DNA of 55,758 nt, filler included, from Platydemus manokwari (lineage: Eukaryota): the NCBI GenBank assembly GCA_037951405.1. It is 5 parts of 5 records of this genome, joined end to end, with 100 filler letters (N's around TTAATTAATTAA, not from the genome) between each part and the next. Parts side by side here need not be neighbours in the genome. Positions count along the whole stretch, not along the records: positions 25,028 to 36,053 come from JBBMOY010963306.1; positions 36,154 to 46,251 come from JBBMOY011169767.1; 3 more parts are not named here. One strand, written 5' to 3'. The notes under the pieces were generated by a model, which saw only the letters and a list, made by a program, of their open reading frames with translations, made no database searches and had not been told where the DNA came from. Position numbers and translations under genes: made by a program. Positions 28,969 to 41,288 of the stretch are shown here, one piece after another (positions within the stretch are counted from its first letter, which is position 1; every line of letters starts with the position of its first letter).

Positions 28969-30165
28969 TTATTTAATATTATCATTAATAAAAACAGTAG
29001 AAAATTTATAAATACTATTATGCGTAAAAAGATAAGCAATTCCATTTGAATTGGTGCAAATCTTTTTGAAATATGGTTCACCATAGTTAGACACTTGAAC
29101 AACATCAGGACAATTGTTCTCTTTATGCCATGACAAACAGTAAAGGGCTTTTGTTTTCTCATCAATAGATATTGAGTATTTACTGTTTAATTTGCATATT
29201 TCGATCGGATGAAAATTTCCAGAACTCCATGCAGCTGTACAGATTTTCGTCATAAAACTTTGCATCGATTCTCCATCGTCTCGAGTTGCTGTGGAGTTGA
29301 AACTGATTAGTCTGGGTTCTTTCTCATTGTTTTCGATTTTATAAGCAATAATCCATGATTTATTATCGAGACCGGAACAAAGAACTTTATGTGGTATGTA
29401 TTTACTGGTGGAACTGGAAAAATTAAATTTGTAAGAGAATTTATTGAAGTCTTCTCCCAATTTCGATACGTGATAAACCGAATGGTTTTCCTTTGACGCA
29501 GATATAACAATTAAACAGCCATCTGAATCAAAATCAAAATCCGCAAATCTCGGGAAATTATATTTTTTTGTTTTAATAATTAATTTATAATCTTTGTCAT
29601 ACTTAAGAAGTAAGAAAAGCTTTTCTTCTTCGTTTCGATTCGGATGATAATAAGCTGACAAGTAAATATTTCCATCCTTATTCGATTTAATTTGCAATGG
29701 ATACAGTTGAAAATCTCTCAACTGAGGATTCCATTTTCTTTCGATTTGTAATTCGTGTGATTTCTCATTGAGTATCAATATGAAAATGTCGGCACAATTT
29801 TGTGCAGCGATAAACAATTGATTTCCTAGAATTGAACAACATTGCAATTCAATCGAACACTGAAACAGATTAGACAAAACTCCTACTCTTTCAACCGTGT
29901 ACAAGATATCATCATTTACTCGATTGACCGCTAGATTAGTGGAATTGCTTTCGGTTATATTTAATCGTCCTAGCTCTAATTGATCGCTCTTCTTTCTTTC
30001 GGTTTGTTCGCTTGACTTTTTTATATTTATCAGGCGACTTATTCGTTTGAAAAAACTTGTTCTCGACGTGTTACTGTTTTCTTCATTCTTTTTAGGTCTT
30101 AATCGAACTGTTGTCAAATTCTGAGTGATTGCAGATGTTTCTTCTTTTTGTATCATAGTATTCAT
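28969..30165 (-). CDS. Intronless 398-aa protein: basic low-complexity N-terminus plus probable NHL-like beta-propeller
   Basis: 1.2-kb ATG-to-stop ORF in very AT-rich DNA. Repeated blade-like motifs IKSNKDGNIYLS, FDFDSDGCLIVIS and ICTNSNGIAYLF. The fold is inferred. Confidence 0.75.
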   Translation of the reverse strand: MNTMIQKEETSAITQNLTTVRLRPKKNEENSNTSRTSFFKRISRLINIKKSSEQTERKKSDQLELGRLNITESNSTNLAVNRVNDDILYTVERVGVLSNLFQCSIELQCCSILGNQLFIAAQNCADIFILILNEKSHELQIERKWNPQLRDFQLYPLQIKSNKDGNIYLSAYYHPNRNEEEKLFLLLKYDKDYKLIIKTKKYNFPRFADFDFDSDGCLIVISASKENHSVYHVSKLGEDFNKFSYKFNFSSSTSKYIPHKVLCSGLDNKSWIIAYKIENNEKEPRLISFNSTATRDDGESMQSFMTKICTAAWSSGNFHPIEICKLNSKYSISIDEKTKALYCLSWHKENNCPDVVQVSNYGEPYFKKICTNSNGIAYLFTHNSIYKFSTVFINDNIK

Positions 30166-33100
30166 AATTAAAATATTCTAAGAATCCGAAATTCAATTTA
30201 TATATATTCTTCAATAATGCAATTCCATACTAACTCGCTGTCAAATTTGTTGCGCTATTGGTTTATTTATCAATGATGTAATATATCGAGGACTTCTTAA
30301 TAATAATAATCAGTTCTACAGGAAGTAAAATTGTATAATCTGAAAATTACAAGCCATACAGCATGTTTGTTTTTCTTCTAATTATCTTATCCATACATAA
30401 TAATTGATTATTTATTTATGAAATAGGAAATCGTTTTATAAATTAGACATATCATCAGAATTAATTGAAATCATATCGTGATTTATTTAATTTTTGAAAA
30501 ACTTAAATGCTTTTGCACTCAAATAATGATTTTCAGACACGTTAACACTTTATATTTTTAAATGCTTGTTTAAGTAGTTCTTATAAGTCAGGGTTACGTT
30601 TAATTATGGTTAGTTTTTAAATTGAGAGACACAGATGACAAATTTCACTGATAAAAATATAAATTACAATCTGAAAAACCATTTAAACCAATATTGGCAT
30701 GAAAATAGAAACAAAATTTAAAACTCAATAATCAAAATTAAATTAGCTCCAGTTTAATATAATAAAGAGTTAATGAAACAAGTTCATTATTTGATTTTAA
30801 TTTTTCAGTTATTAAATCTATTTAAGTGGATCATATTTTCCTATTTAATTGTGGTAGATCATTAAATAAAATTAAATAAGAATAAAATTTGAATAAAATA
30901 TTGTACATAAAAGTTTGTATTTGAAAATTTTTATTATTGATTTCTGTCTAAAAATATTTAGCTATTACAGACTAATTAATCGTGTTTGGCAAAAATATAG
31001 CTGATGTTTAAAATACATAAACAAGAAAGATAAATGATTTTATTTATCTATTTATTTATTTGTGATTTATCTGATGATGATATTTATTGATCATGATGAA
31101 AGCAGAAATATTTCACGATGAAAGTTATATTTGTTCCCATTGCTTAATTTGTTTGAATACTTCAAATATAAGCCACAATTTTTCTTTGTCAAAATCTCTA
31201 CCCAACCACCATAATTTATTACGTAATATAGTCGAATTTAGTCATCACCGTGAATTATTATTAACAATACTCATTCATTATCTATATTATATAATTTATT
31301 ATTCTGAGATTAAAAATCAAGATTTGAAAATTTTCATTCCGAACATAAATAATAAAAACACCAAACGATAACACTTATTTTAAATTTAAATATTGTTTGA
31401 TCACGGTTACTTAAATTATTACTTTTAGATAATTAATTGATCATCAGATGGGGTAAAATATTTAAGAAGTAATCATTTATTTGTTCTATATATATTTATT
31501 ATATTAATTTTTGCAATACCAATTACCACTGCATTTAAAGCATTCTTTTTGTCGGAAAATACTTTTCAGATATTAATTTTTTTATTAATCGACAATTTAC
31601 CAGAATAATTTCTGTTATTGTTTTTTTACTTTAAAATAACCACATCATTATTTCAAAAAAAATCTACCAATATGGCCTTAAAGTATTGAGATCGGAACAC
31701 ATGGCTATGTCATTTAAAGTTTAATTATAACGTTTCTATGATATTAGTCGAATAAATTATATCATTGAATTTGATATTAATATAAAACTTAACACAACCA
31801 ACTAGTCATAGTTAATTCACATGATTAATACTAGAATTATCAATCCATAAAAGTAATAAACTAAGGTTTGTTTACTTGAACTTTTTGTAATATAAATATA
31901 ATTTTTAATATTACTGGTAAGCCAAACAATTCTTGAAATTATTCAAATCAACAATTCAACAATTTTAATAATAAATGAGTTTCAAAAAACAAATTTTTAA
32001 CAGAGAAATGATTAATATGGAGAATGAAATGATTAAAATATATACATAATTATAATTGAATCCAGATAAACTATCTATAAACGTTTTAAGCAAATGGTAA
32101 ATGTTGTATTATAGCAATTTATTATAATTATTTCTAATGTTTAAAATTTTATTTTAAAACTTATATTAAAATATATTATAAGATTTATATTATTTATATT
32201 ATATATCGAATAGAATACATTAATGGGAATGTTAAATCAAAAATAATAGATAAATTTAAACAATCGTAGGCAATAAAAAATTATTCGGAAGAATGTACCA
32301 ACACAAATAAAGTAATAATTATCATTTACCATGAAAAAATAGATTTATAAAAGATAATAAAACAAATTTAATGCATTATATTTAATTCAACATAGATAGT
32401 AAATAAATAATTAAATCAACAGGTAATTTTAACAACTACTATAAATGCAGACACCCAGTATGAATAAAAATACTAATCACTAAACTACAGTGAGCTGTGA
32501 AAACACTGGTTTCAAAATTCGACATTTTGAGAAAGATTCCTCAACAAACTGAGAGGAGAAATTTTTAATTTAATTTTACGAGACTTGTAATAACACTAGA
32601 ATCTATATGTCTATATAATTCGGTAAATTTTATTTGACACTCACGTTGTCAGTAAGATAAGCAACTTACCTTTTCTGTAATTGAAAAGGTTTAAGTTAAA
32701 CTTTAGTGTGCAATAAGCTTATTTGATGTCATTGAATTGGATTTTGATTAAGTAATGAAAATATTATTGTCATCTGTGCTGACTTTTGAATTTTGTAAAT
32801 AGCTTCGAAATTCAAGGGAATCTAAAGTTGATTGTTGTTATCGAAAAAATTATATTTTTCATTGGGAAATTTGTTATCATTACTAGGTGGGATTATTGTT
32901 TTCTTTGATTTAACCAAATCGGAGTCAGCGAATGTAACAGAGCACACGTTGTTTGAGCATTATTTTCGTTAGAAACTAAATATCCAGAGAACCCAACATA
33001 ACCATTGCAATGAATTTAGAATTTCTTGTCTCGGAATAAGAATTGGCTTAATCAAAATAATGTAAAACATATATTTACGTGATGATGATAATCAAATGAG

Positions 33101-35064
33101 ATGATGGACTCAATAATTGGTGAGAAAATATGAACTCACAAGACAAACTTTTACTAGTTATCCTCTTTCTGTGCAAATAATGTAGAGGAGATTCTTCGTA
33201 CACCTATACTTGAATGTTTTGAATGGCTCATGTGGATGTGTTAAACTGAGATGGTCACTGCCTTTCATTTTCAATGTCTCAAGATCCAAGAACACCAATA
33301 TTCAATACATTTAAATAGGTGTCGTAATTTTCCTGCAAATCTCAACAGAAATTTCTAAATATTTTTATTTATTATTTTGGCATTTAAAAGCTGCAAATTC
33401 TTCAGCACATAGTTAAAAACTTTCAAGTCCAGAATCGCAGTACCACAAAACTAATAGTTTAAAATAATCAGAATAATGGTAAGACTTTCAACATATTTAA
33501 TGTTGACATGAGGTTCGTAAAAGCTGAATTATGAAATTTTAGAAGCACATTATGTCTTTCGTGTTTTCAATAATGAGGTCGAGCTTTCGAAAATTTAATT
33601 TGAGTTCAAATTTTGAGTCGTGAACATGATAGTTTTGTATTATAAGTTACTGTGCACTTGAACTAGGAATTCTTAGAAAACTGATTAAAGTCGAGCTAAG
33701 AGTAAAAGTTTGTGCATTAATATTTCCTGATTTATACATCATTGCCATTTATAAAAGTACAACATCGAGACTGTAGCACAGGGGATGATAAAGAGTTTGC
33801 TTTCATTTATTGTCTGAATAATTAAATATTAATCTTGGGTATGAAGAAATCAAAAGTTTCTGATATTCGAATAAATAGCAAATCTTGCATGATGTTAGTA
33901 AATGTTGACAAAACAAAGAAGTTTTCTCCAATGAACGATACCAATATGTGTTTTGAGGAGATACTTCTCATTCGGATCAACGATTAATATTTGCTCGGTG
34001 TCTGAAGATCAATAAATAAATATAATGCCAAAGTTTGAAACATATTTGACGACCTCCAAGGTTGATAAAACTATTCTTTGTAAACAAAAGATGAGAAAAT
34101 CTAAAATCGCAACAAATACAATACTGTCTTTTATCACACATACATTCACTGATTTTATCTAGGTTATTTAAATTATCATAAATTATTTTCTCAATATCAA
34201 TAACAATAGAAGGAATCACAAGTTCATATCGTTTCAATTATTATATTTCTAATGATTTACTCTGCATTTGAACAACTAATTGTATTTCCGTGATCATTTT
34301 TCTTTAAAATCCTCAGCATCTTCTACCCGGTTTACAGTGGAATGATCAAATTGATTTTCATTCGATTTTGACAAAAGATTTTGACAATAATAATTATCTT
34401 TTACATTATCATAATAATAAAAGTTACTATAATTATTAAATTTATTATAATTATTAAACTCAGAAATATAGTGTAGATTCACTCTCCTCGAAGATTCTTC
34501 CATGATGACCGGATTTTCTGGCAGTGTTCTGGCATATTCAAAAATGCCCCGGTGCACTTTTGTAATCGACAATTGTGAATTCCGACATTTTGATGAGTTT
34601 TGTGATTCCACTGCACAAGTGATGAATCGTTATCAGCCTACACTGACGATATCGATGTAATCAGACTTCCTGTCGTTTCATATTCAAAAACCAGAAAAAA
34701 ATCTGAACATTTTCAATGACTAACGAGTTTCAACAAATTTAATGAGTTACACACAAAAAACATTTGAACAATTATTATTATTAATAAATTTCCATCATTT
34801 TTGACACAAAACGATTAATTTAATTAAAAAAACTACACCTTTATATTATAATTGAATTTATAAAATTATAAATTTAATATAAATAATTAGCAAACCGTGA
34901 ACATTTTGTTTAGATAAAATAATAATATCTACAAATCATTGTATATGTTAAAATTAGTTACGTCAAAAACACATTCAGGCATAATATTGATTTGAAAAAC
35001 TACACTAAACCGTCAATCAATTATTTAAACAAATACAACATGTTTCTTTATTTAATCAAGTTAC

Positions 35065-36053
35065 TCGCCTCCTCTTAAGGCCCGCTCCACCGTTTCAGGC
35101 ACTTTAATCGTCTGGATTTTATCGCATGAGGGAATTGAATCTCCACTTGTCTGTCTGACTTGAATCCGGTAATTCGATATGGGCCTTTGTACTGGTATCC
35201 ATTCTTCTTCCTCTTATGGGGATCTACGAGAACGAGCACCTTCCCACCCACCTGAAAAGCTCGAAGTGTTCTTTTTCCCTGTCTTGGTTAGATATTATGT
35301 CGGCTGCCACCTTAGAATTTTCTCTAGCTGCTTGTGACTCGCATCCGTATGACCATTGATCTTCCGCCCGTAGTTTATCTCGAAAGCCGAAAACTTCGTT
35401 GTGTTGCGTTGATTCAGAACTCTATCCTTAGCAACAACTCAGACCAATTTTTGTCATGGCTCTTACCCTTTAAAGTAGCTGTTATCATATCTCGTACCAT
35501 CCTGATGACTCTTTCCTCTAGCCCGTTCGATTGATGCTGGTATGGTAAGATGAATTCTTGTTTGATACCAAACTTTGAACAGGCCTCTCTCATAAATTTG
35601 CCTCCAAATTTTTTCCCGTTATCAGATAGGATGCTCATTGGCTTTCCAAAACGATAAATCCATGAGTTCAAAATGACCTGGAAGACTGTCTTTTCGTCTT
35701 GCTTAGATGTACCAGGGAGGCTCAATAGCTTGCTGAATCTGTCGACAATGACTACTAGGTACTTCTTGTTGCTATGCATCGCGTCCATTTGTGCAATGTC
35801 CACCACGATTTGCTCTTGAAAATCAGAGCCTAACCGAGGAAGCAGAAACTCCTTAGTTCTTTGCACATATAATACATTCTTTCATTATCTCTTTGATGGT
35901 GTTGAACATGCCTGGCCAATAAAAACTGAAGTTCAAATATGCAAAGGTTTTCTTTGAACCTAAGTGGCAGAGCTCTTCGTGAATTGTCTTGACAAATTGA
36001 GCGGCAAAATCTTTCGGTATTATAGCAGCTAAACCGTTCTCTTTCTCCAGCAT
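35065..36053 (-). mobile_element. Gypsy/Ty3 LTR retrotransposon 3' pol fragment (integrase)
   Basis: Integrase zinc finger HEELCHLG...FYWPGM...CIIC and rve core (VDIAQ...IVDRFSK...FGKPMSILSDNG...PYQHQSNGLEER). Purine-rich tract AAGAGGAGGCGAG near 35065-35077. Frameshifted and cut by the gap. Confidence 0.92.
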
Positions 36054-36153
36054 NNNNNNNNNNNNNNNNNNNNNNNNNNNNNNNNNNNNNNNNNNNNTTA
36101 ATTAATTAANNNNNNNNNNNNNNNNNNNNNNNNNNNNNNNNNNNNNNNNNNNN
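36054..36153. other. Assembly spacer (44N-TTAATTAATTAA-44N)
   Basis: Same fixed spacer. Confidence 0.95.
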
Positions 36154-36448
36154 TGGATGTCAAAATGGCCAATTTTGAAGCGTTTAAACCACTCGAAACA
36201 TTGTGTTTTCGCAAGAGCATGTTTGCCATAGAATTTCACGAGTAAACAATGACTTTCAGCTGCAGTTTTCTTTGCAAAAAAGTGGCTCAGCAAGACTTGA
36301 TGCGTATAAACAAATCAAACAATGTTGACTGGTTTTGATAGCTTATAAATAGAGCTTCAAAATGACGTGTATGTTAACGATTTGCTACAGCACACACACA
36401 AGTGTTTACATCTGCTGTCAAATTCTGGTTATTAAGTTATAGATCCAA
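36154..36448 (-). mobile_element. mariner copy 2, 5' end with Mos1-like transposase N-terminus
   Basis: KKTAAESHCLLVKFYGKHALAKTQCFEWFKRFKIGHFD resembles the Mos1 HTH (KKTAAESHRML...WFQRFKSGDFD). The terminus ends at 36448, followed by TA. Confidence 0.9.
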
Positions 36449-37240
36449 TACGTAAAATTACATTTCAAAGAAAATTTGTTATTTTAGATAAATTGTATAA
36501 AAATGATCCATCTTCATTTTTATTTATAAAGATTTCTAGGAATTCAGGATATACGAAGCAATTTTAACCTAATCCTGTAAGGCGCTGTTATGACCTTCAA
36601 TAAAGCATATAAATGATTGATTTATAGCTAAATATCACATATTAAATATAAATTAATATTGAAAATGTTAATTATATCTTTGTATTACAAGTTTTGCAAC
36701 TAGGGTTGTCACACTTCAGCTTTGGAATTGAAATAAGAAGAAATCTTGACAACGCTAAATTTTGTATAATAATTAATGTTTAAATATTTACTTTTAATTT
36801 TACAATTTTTTTTACCAATTTGTAATATTCGATTTTTTTGAGCAGTTCAATTGATCGCTCAATTTTGAAGATGTTGAATAGAAAGAAAACAGAAATGACA
36901 AATCAAATTCATATTCTGATCAAAACATTTTCATAATGTGTTATGGTTTATAAATTTATGATTATGAAATTATGAATCGATTTAGTGATCACTTGACACA
37001 TAATTTCGTAATTGTTAAAAAATCATTTTTCAATCTTTAAAAAGTGTCATCGCGACTTTTAAATAATTTAAATGTCTTTTAATTTGGTCCATTTCCATTT
37101 AAATCGAAAGTTTAAAGTTCTGTTTTGTATAACATTTAATTTCAAATACCTAAACCGTTTATCATGTGCTTGAATTAAAACTTAATATTTATTTAAATAA
37201 ACTTTATAAATTTTTGCAAAACATAGAAAAACATAAAAAG

Positions 37241-37309
37241 AAATTGTTATATGGTCTATTTTACCAAATACAATAACAACAAAACTTCACTCTGTAAAAA
37301 TATATTTAA
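37241..37309 (+). CDS. Micro-exon gene, candidate exon A (69 nt, phase 1-1)
   Basis: Weak acceptor aaaaag, donor gtatat; (x)IVIWSILPNTITTKLHSVKIYL; 66-nt intron to exon B. Confidence 0.3.
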
Positions 37310-37375
37310 GTATATGAGGTCATTGATATTTTTCATTGAGATTGTTTATATTTTATTTATAAAAATTCATTTCAG

Positions 37376-37444
37376 GAAAAATTAAATTTTACAATCGAAA
37401 TGTTGAAGAAGAAGCAAAGCGAGTATGCAAGGAAATTTGCTCAG
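37376..37444 (+). CDS. Micro-exon gene, exon B (69 nt, phase 1-1)
   Basis: catttcag / CAG-gtaatg; (x)KIKFYNRNVEEEAKRVCKEICS. Confidence 0.65.
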
Positions 37445-38386
37445 GTAATGAATATTTTCAATTCGATCTGAGTATTGCGAGAGTCTGATTTGGGAGGAAC
37501 TGATAATTCTTCTGTAAAATTAACACGATTGTATGTGCTATAGTTGTCCAGTTGTAAAATACTTTGGTTATCAATCACAGTATTCCCATATCATTGATTT
37601 TAAGCTAAATAAATTATTATCCAATCATTGATCAGTTATAATAATGTAGATTATTTTAATTAAATTTAATTTTTTCATTTCCTTACAAGTAAATAAATGT
37701 TTGCTGTAGCGAATTCATTAATTTGACTTTGGAAATTTGTCAATTGAAGCTATCTCATAAAATAAAATCAATTTAACAACACGTGGAAAACATTTTACCA
37801 GTTTTATACATTTTATTAACCTATTTAACATTGACAATTCGGCAGGAAAGATCAAAATCAGAATCTCTCATAGGTTTTTGGAGGAGAATGTTGTAAATGA
37901 AAGAAATTGTGATACAGATTATAACTATGATAAATTGATGGTTGAATATTTAGAAAAAATATTGATATTATTATTTCTCTATTTTTAGTGGAGTCTGCAC
38001 AACTGTGTTGTTTAATATTTACGCATTTCAAATTTGCAATTAACAATAACCTGTACTGAAAAATAATTTCGTTAATTATAAAATCAATTAAAAATTTCTT
38101 TAATCTGGTCTAAATGATGTTACTAATGGTGTCAGTGTAGTTTTTAGGCCATAATTAATGATATGATGCAAACATATTCTCTCACAATATCTTAAACGTC
38201 TATCAAAATATATTGTTAGATATTTATGAATCTTATCCGGTCGACAAAAATATTAACATAAAATAATATTTTGATGATTGATGTTTGAAATTTATATTTA
38301 AATCATTAATTATTTGAATATTATATTTAAATATCTCTCATATTGATATTTAATAAAGATATTTAAGAAATCGTTTTTCATTTTAG

Positions 38387-38491
38387 AACAAATGCCAAAT
38401 ATTTTTTCAAGCACCGTTATTTCGAATTTAAGAGTTCAAAGAAATTACCAAGATAATAAATCAACAAATGGCAATAATAATACTCAAATTG
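38387..38491 (+). CDS. Micro-exon gene, exon C (105 nt; extracellular stalk with N-glycosylation sequons NKS and NNT; internal ATG at 38392)
   Basis: cattttag / G-gtcatt; (E)QMPNIFSSTVISNLRVQRNYQDNKSTNGNNNTQI. Confidence 0.65.
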
Positions 38492-38497
38492 GTCATT

Positions 38498-38499
<2 letters not shown>

Positions 38500-38560
<61 letters not shown>
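38500..38560 (+). repeat. (ATT)n microsatellite in the 100-nt intron before the TM exon
   Basis: About 20 ATT units. Confidence 0.95.
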
Positions 38561-38561
<1 letters not shown>

Positions 38562-38591
38562 ATTTGTAAAAAAATAATCTTTTCAATTCAG

Positions 38592-38642
38592 CTGTACCAA
38601 TAGTCTGTTTCATTTTTGGCCTTTTAATTGGTTATATTCCGA
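38592..38642 (+). CDS. Micro-exon gene, exon D (51 nt; transmembrane helix)
   Basis: caattcag / A-gtaaga; (A)VPIVCFIFGLLIGYIP, uncharged and hydrophobic. Confidence 0.75.
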
Positions 38643-39635
38643 GTAAGATATTTTGAAAATTATTTATTTAGTGTAAAGCATAACATTAATTATTTAATTT
38701 GCACATGAAGACAACATTATTAAAATGACGATTTTGCAAGTTCAACACTATGACTCATTATATGTATTTAATCTATAGAGAAAGCGCTGTTTTAGATCAT
38801 GATAATACTATCGAAAAATTGTAAAAATGCAATAGAATGCGATATTTAATATATAGATTTTGACAGAGTTTATTGACATAGGTTGATGTCAAGGATTCAT
38901 GATCTGAATATGATTTTAAAAATAATCTTTCGTCATATCAACTGCTGAACAATATTTTAACATTTGAAAATAAAATTCTCAGAGAGATTGAAATATTGCT
39001 CGTTTTATTCTATTATTTATATATATTCTTTCTTAGAACTATCTTATTTGATATTTTGAATCAGCTTTCTAGTTGCCTGTTTTGGCAGAATTAAGAAACA
39101 ATAGCTTCATATAGTGGAGACAGATAAAATAATCTTAATGAAATTGAATATAATTGTCTCGGTTAAAATTGTGAAAAAGATGTTTATTATAATTAAATCT
39201 TTTGAAATCCATGTTTCTTCAATTGATGTAAAGCTTCATGATTTATTTCGAATTTGTAATTACAACCTAATTGAAGCAAACAATTATATTGTCACTCCAG
39301 ACAGAAAGCGATAAGTTTTGTGTCACTCATGTAAATACCTATTGTTTGAATATTATGGAAAAAAAGGCTGCGTGTGGTCAGAAAAGATTTAAATTATCTA
39401 TTCTAGGATTTAAATTGAAAACGATATCGCTTGAATAAATGATTAATTATAAGTGAAAATTCAAAGTTAGAAGTTTTTATTATATTATCATATGACGTAC
39501 GTAATGTTGGAATCTTGGTTAAATATTTATAAATACTAAAATTTATTTAATAATCTGATTAAATTGAAACTTTGTTTGATAAATATTTTTGTTCTAGTCT
39601 ATTAAATTGAATAAGAAAGTTATTTTCTATTTCAG

Positions 39636-39665
39636 CTATCATCAAGAAATGTAAGAAGAACAAAA
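39636..39665 (+). CDS. Micro-exon gene, exon E (30 nt, or 15 nt via gtaaga at 39651; basic stop-transfer)
   Basis: ctatttcag / gtatat; (T)IIKKCKKNK. Both donors keep phase 1. Confidence 0.7.
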
Positions 39666-40139
39666 GTATATTTTGATTTTTTAAAATTGGACTTTACCTA
39701 TATTATTAATGTATTCGTTCAACAAAAAAGTAAAAATAACTTGTTTCAGGAAGACAAAAATATATAAACATGTTATAACAATGAAATCGTTTTCTTGACA
39801 TCATAACTTTGATGACATGCATATTAATTGTCATATGTACACCACATCTCTTGTAATATGCATCTTTCATTTGATACAAGCTAGATTTTTAATTACCACT
39901 CCTTATTGCATAATAATTCATGATCTTGTGAAATACCAGTTTTACTGATTCAATGTTGTAAGCCGCTTCTTTTTGACAAAGCACATCCTGCAATCTAATT
40001 GGGAATTAACACACAAAATTATGTTTAAATAAAATTATTTCAACAATTTATTGTAAAATAATGGGTTACAGAATATGTTCAATTCAATTTTTATAAATTA
40101 TATTTATCATTTTCAAACTCACAGAGACATTGTTTTAAG

Positions 40140-40220
40140 GGAGAGGTCATAATGTTGTACAAACTATGCAAAATAATGACGAAGAAGCGGAGCTATTAAC
40201 AAATACAATAAATATAAAAG
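40140..40220 (+). CDS. Micro-exon gene, exon F (81 nt)
   Basis: gttttaag / AAG-gtaaaa; (R)RGHNVVQTMQNNDEEAELLTNTINIK. Confidence 0.6.
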
Positions 40221-40711
40221 GTAAAAAATATTTAAAAATATAAATGTTCTATCATAATACAAATAAATAATAATCCAAATAAGAATGATGATCACTATTC
40301 ATAATTTCTTGAAGATAAATGAGTCGAAAATACAATTTAGTCTATACCAAAATACATGTCTTTACAGATCGTGAAAGATGATTATAGTCCCACAATAAAA
40401 ACGAGAAAGTAATCTGCTATTCTATTTAAATCATGATAAAATGGCCAAACTTATCTGACTCGAAAAGATTTATTATTCTATACAATATACAAGATCGTCT
40501 CATGGTATTATTACTACCACATTATTACTACTGGAATGAATATTTTCACAATGTGTACTCTCATGATTTGTACTGGTTTCATTCTTTCTGAATCGTCGTA
40601 AAAATATCCATTACTTTGAGATACAAAAATTGTGCTTCTCTAATCTTAATCTTAATTTTTTAAAAATATATCCATTTCAAAAGAAATATTTTATTCATTA
40701 TTAAAATTTAG

Positions 40712-40753
40712 AAACCGACAATGCAAGAGAGAAAAGATTTGAGAGTATTTCAA
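40712..40753 (+). CDS. Micro-exon gene, exon G (42 nt)
   Basis: aaatttag / gtaaag; (E)TDNAREKRFESIS. Confidence 0.65.
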
Positions 40754-40873
40754 GTAAAGATTTTTAAAAAGAAGAGTGCAGATTTTAAAACAGCATTTAA
40801 TAAATATGGATATGATTTATTATTTTTAAATAATCATATTTTAAATTTATTTTAATTGTTGATTTATTAATAG

Positions 40874-40912
40874 GTTCGATAAATTGTGTAAACAGATTTG
40901 AAATCATAAAAG
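40874..40912 (+). CDS. Micro-exon gene, exon H (39 nt)
   Basis: ttaatag / AAG-gtaatg; (S)SINCVNRFEIIK. Confidence 0.7.
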
Positions 40913-41237
40913 GTAATGTTTATTCATTGTTTGAATGAATTTGCAATTTGGGTCGGTTTAAAAATAAATAGTGAAATATGGACGAATTCAAGTACATCAT
41001 TGATTAGAGTATTTAGGAGGGTTTACAGTTCCGGATTATAATTCTAATCAACTACCCTCACTGTATTAACGTTTAGTTTGATAATAAATATTGTCATAAT
41101 AATAATTTTAAATTGAATATTTAACGTGAAGTGGTAATAAATTTTATTTAATCTTTTATCAATATCAAGGGACAGATGAAAACGTCTATCTTAGCTTCAT
41201 ATTGTTATGACTTATGTGTGTAATTTATGTTTTTTAG

Positions 41238-41288
41238 AGATAACTGAACTAATAATTAATCCAAAATGGGATTCACTGGGATTGAAAA
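41238..41288 (+). CDS. Micro-exon gene, exon I (51 nt)
   Basis: gttttttag / gtaagt (consensus donor); (E)ITELIINPKWDSLGLK. Confidence 0.7.

Noticed and set aside
38492-38577. Poly-Ile 'transmembrane' end of ORF 38392-38577
   Set aside because: Intronic (ATT)n microsatellite after the donor at 38492. The real TM is exon D, although intron retention would give a hydrophobic C-terminus.
40368-40408. Candidate micro-exon (tttacag ... gtaatc)
   Set aside because: 41 nt and contains TGA in the phase-1 frame, so it does not fit the gene model.
41017-41069. Possible alternative terminal exon (G)GFTVPDYNSNQLPSLY*
   Set aside because: Only an acceptor and a short open frame; no paralogue or other support.
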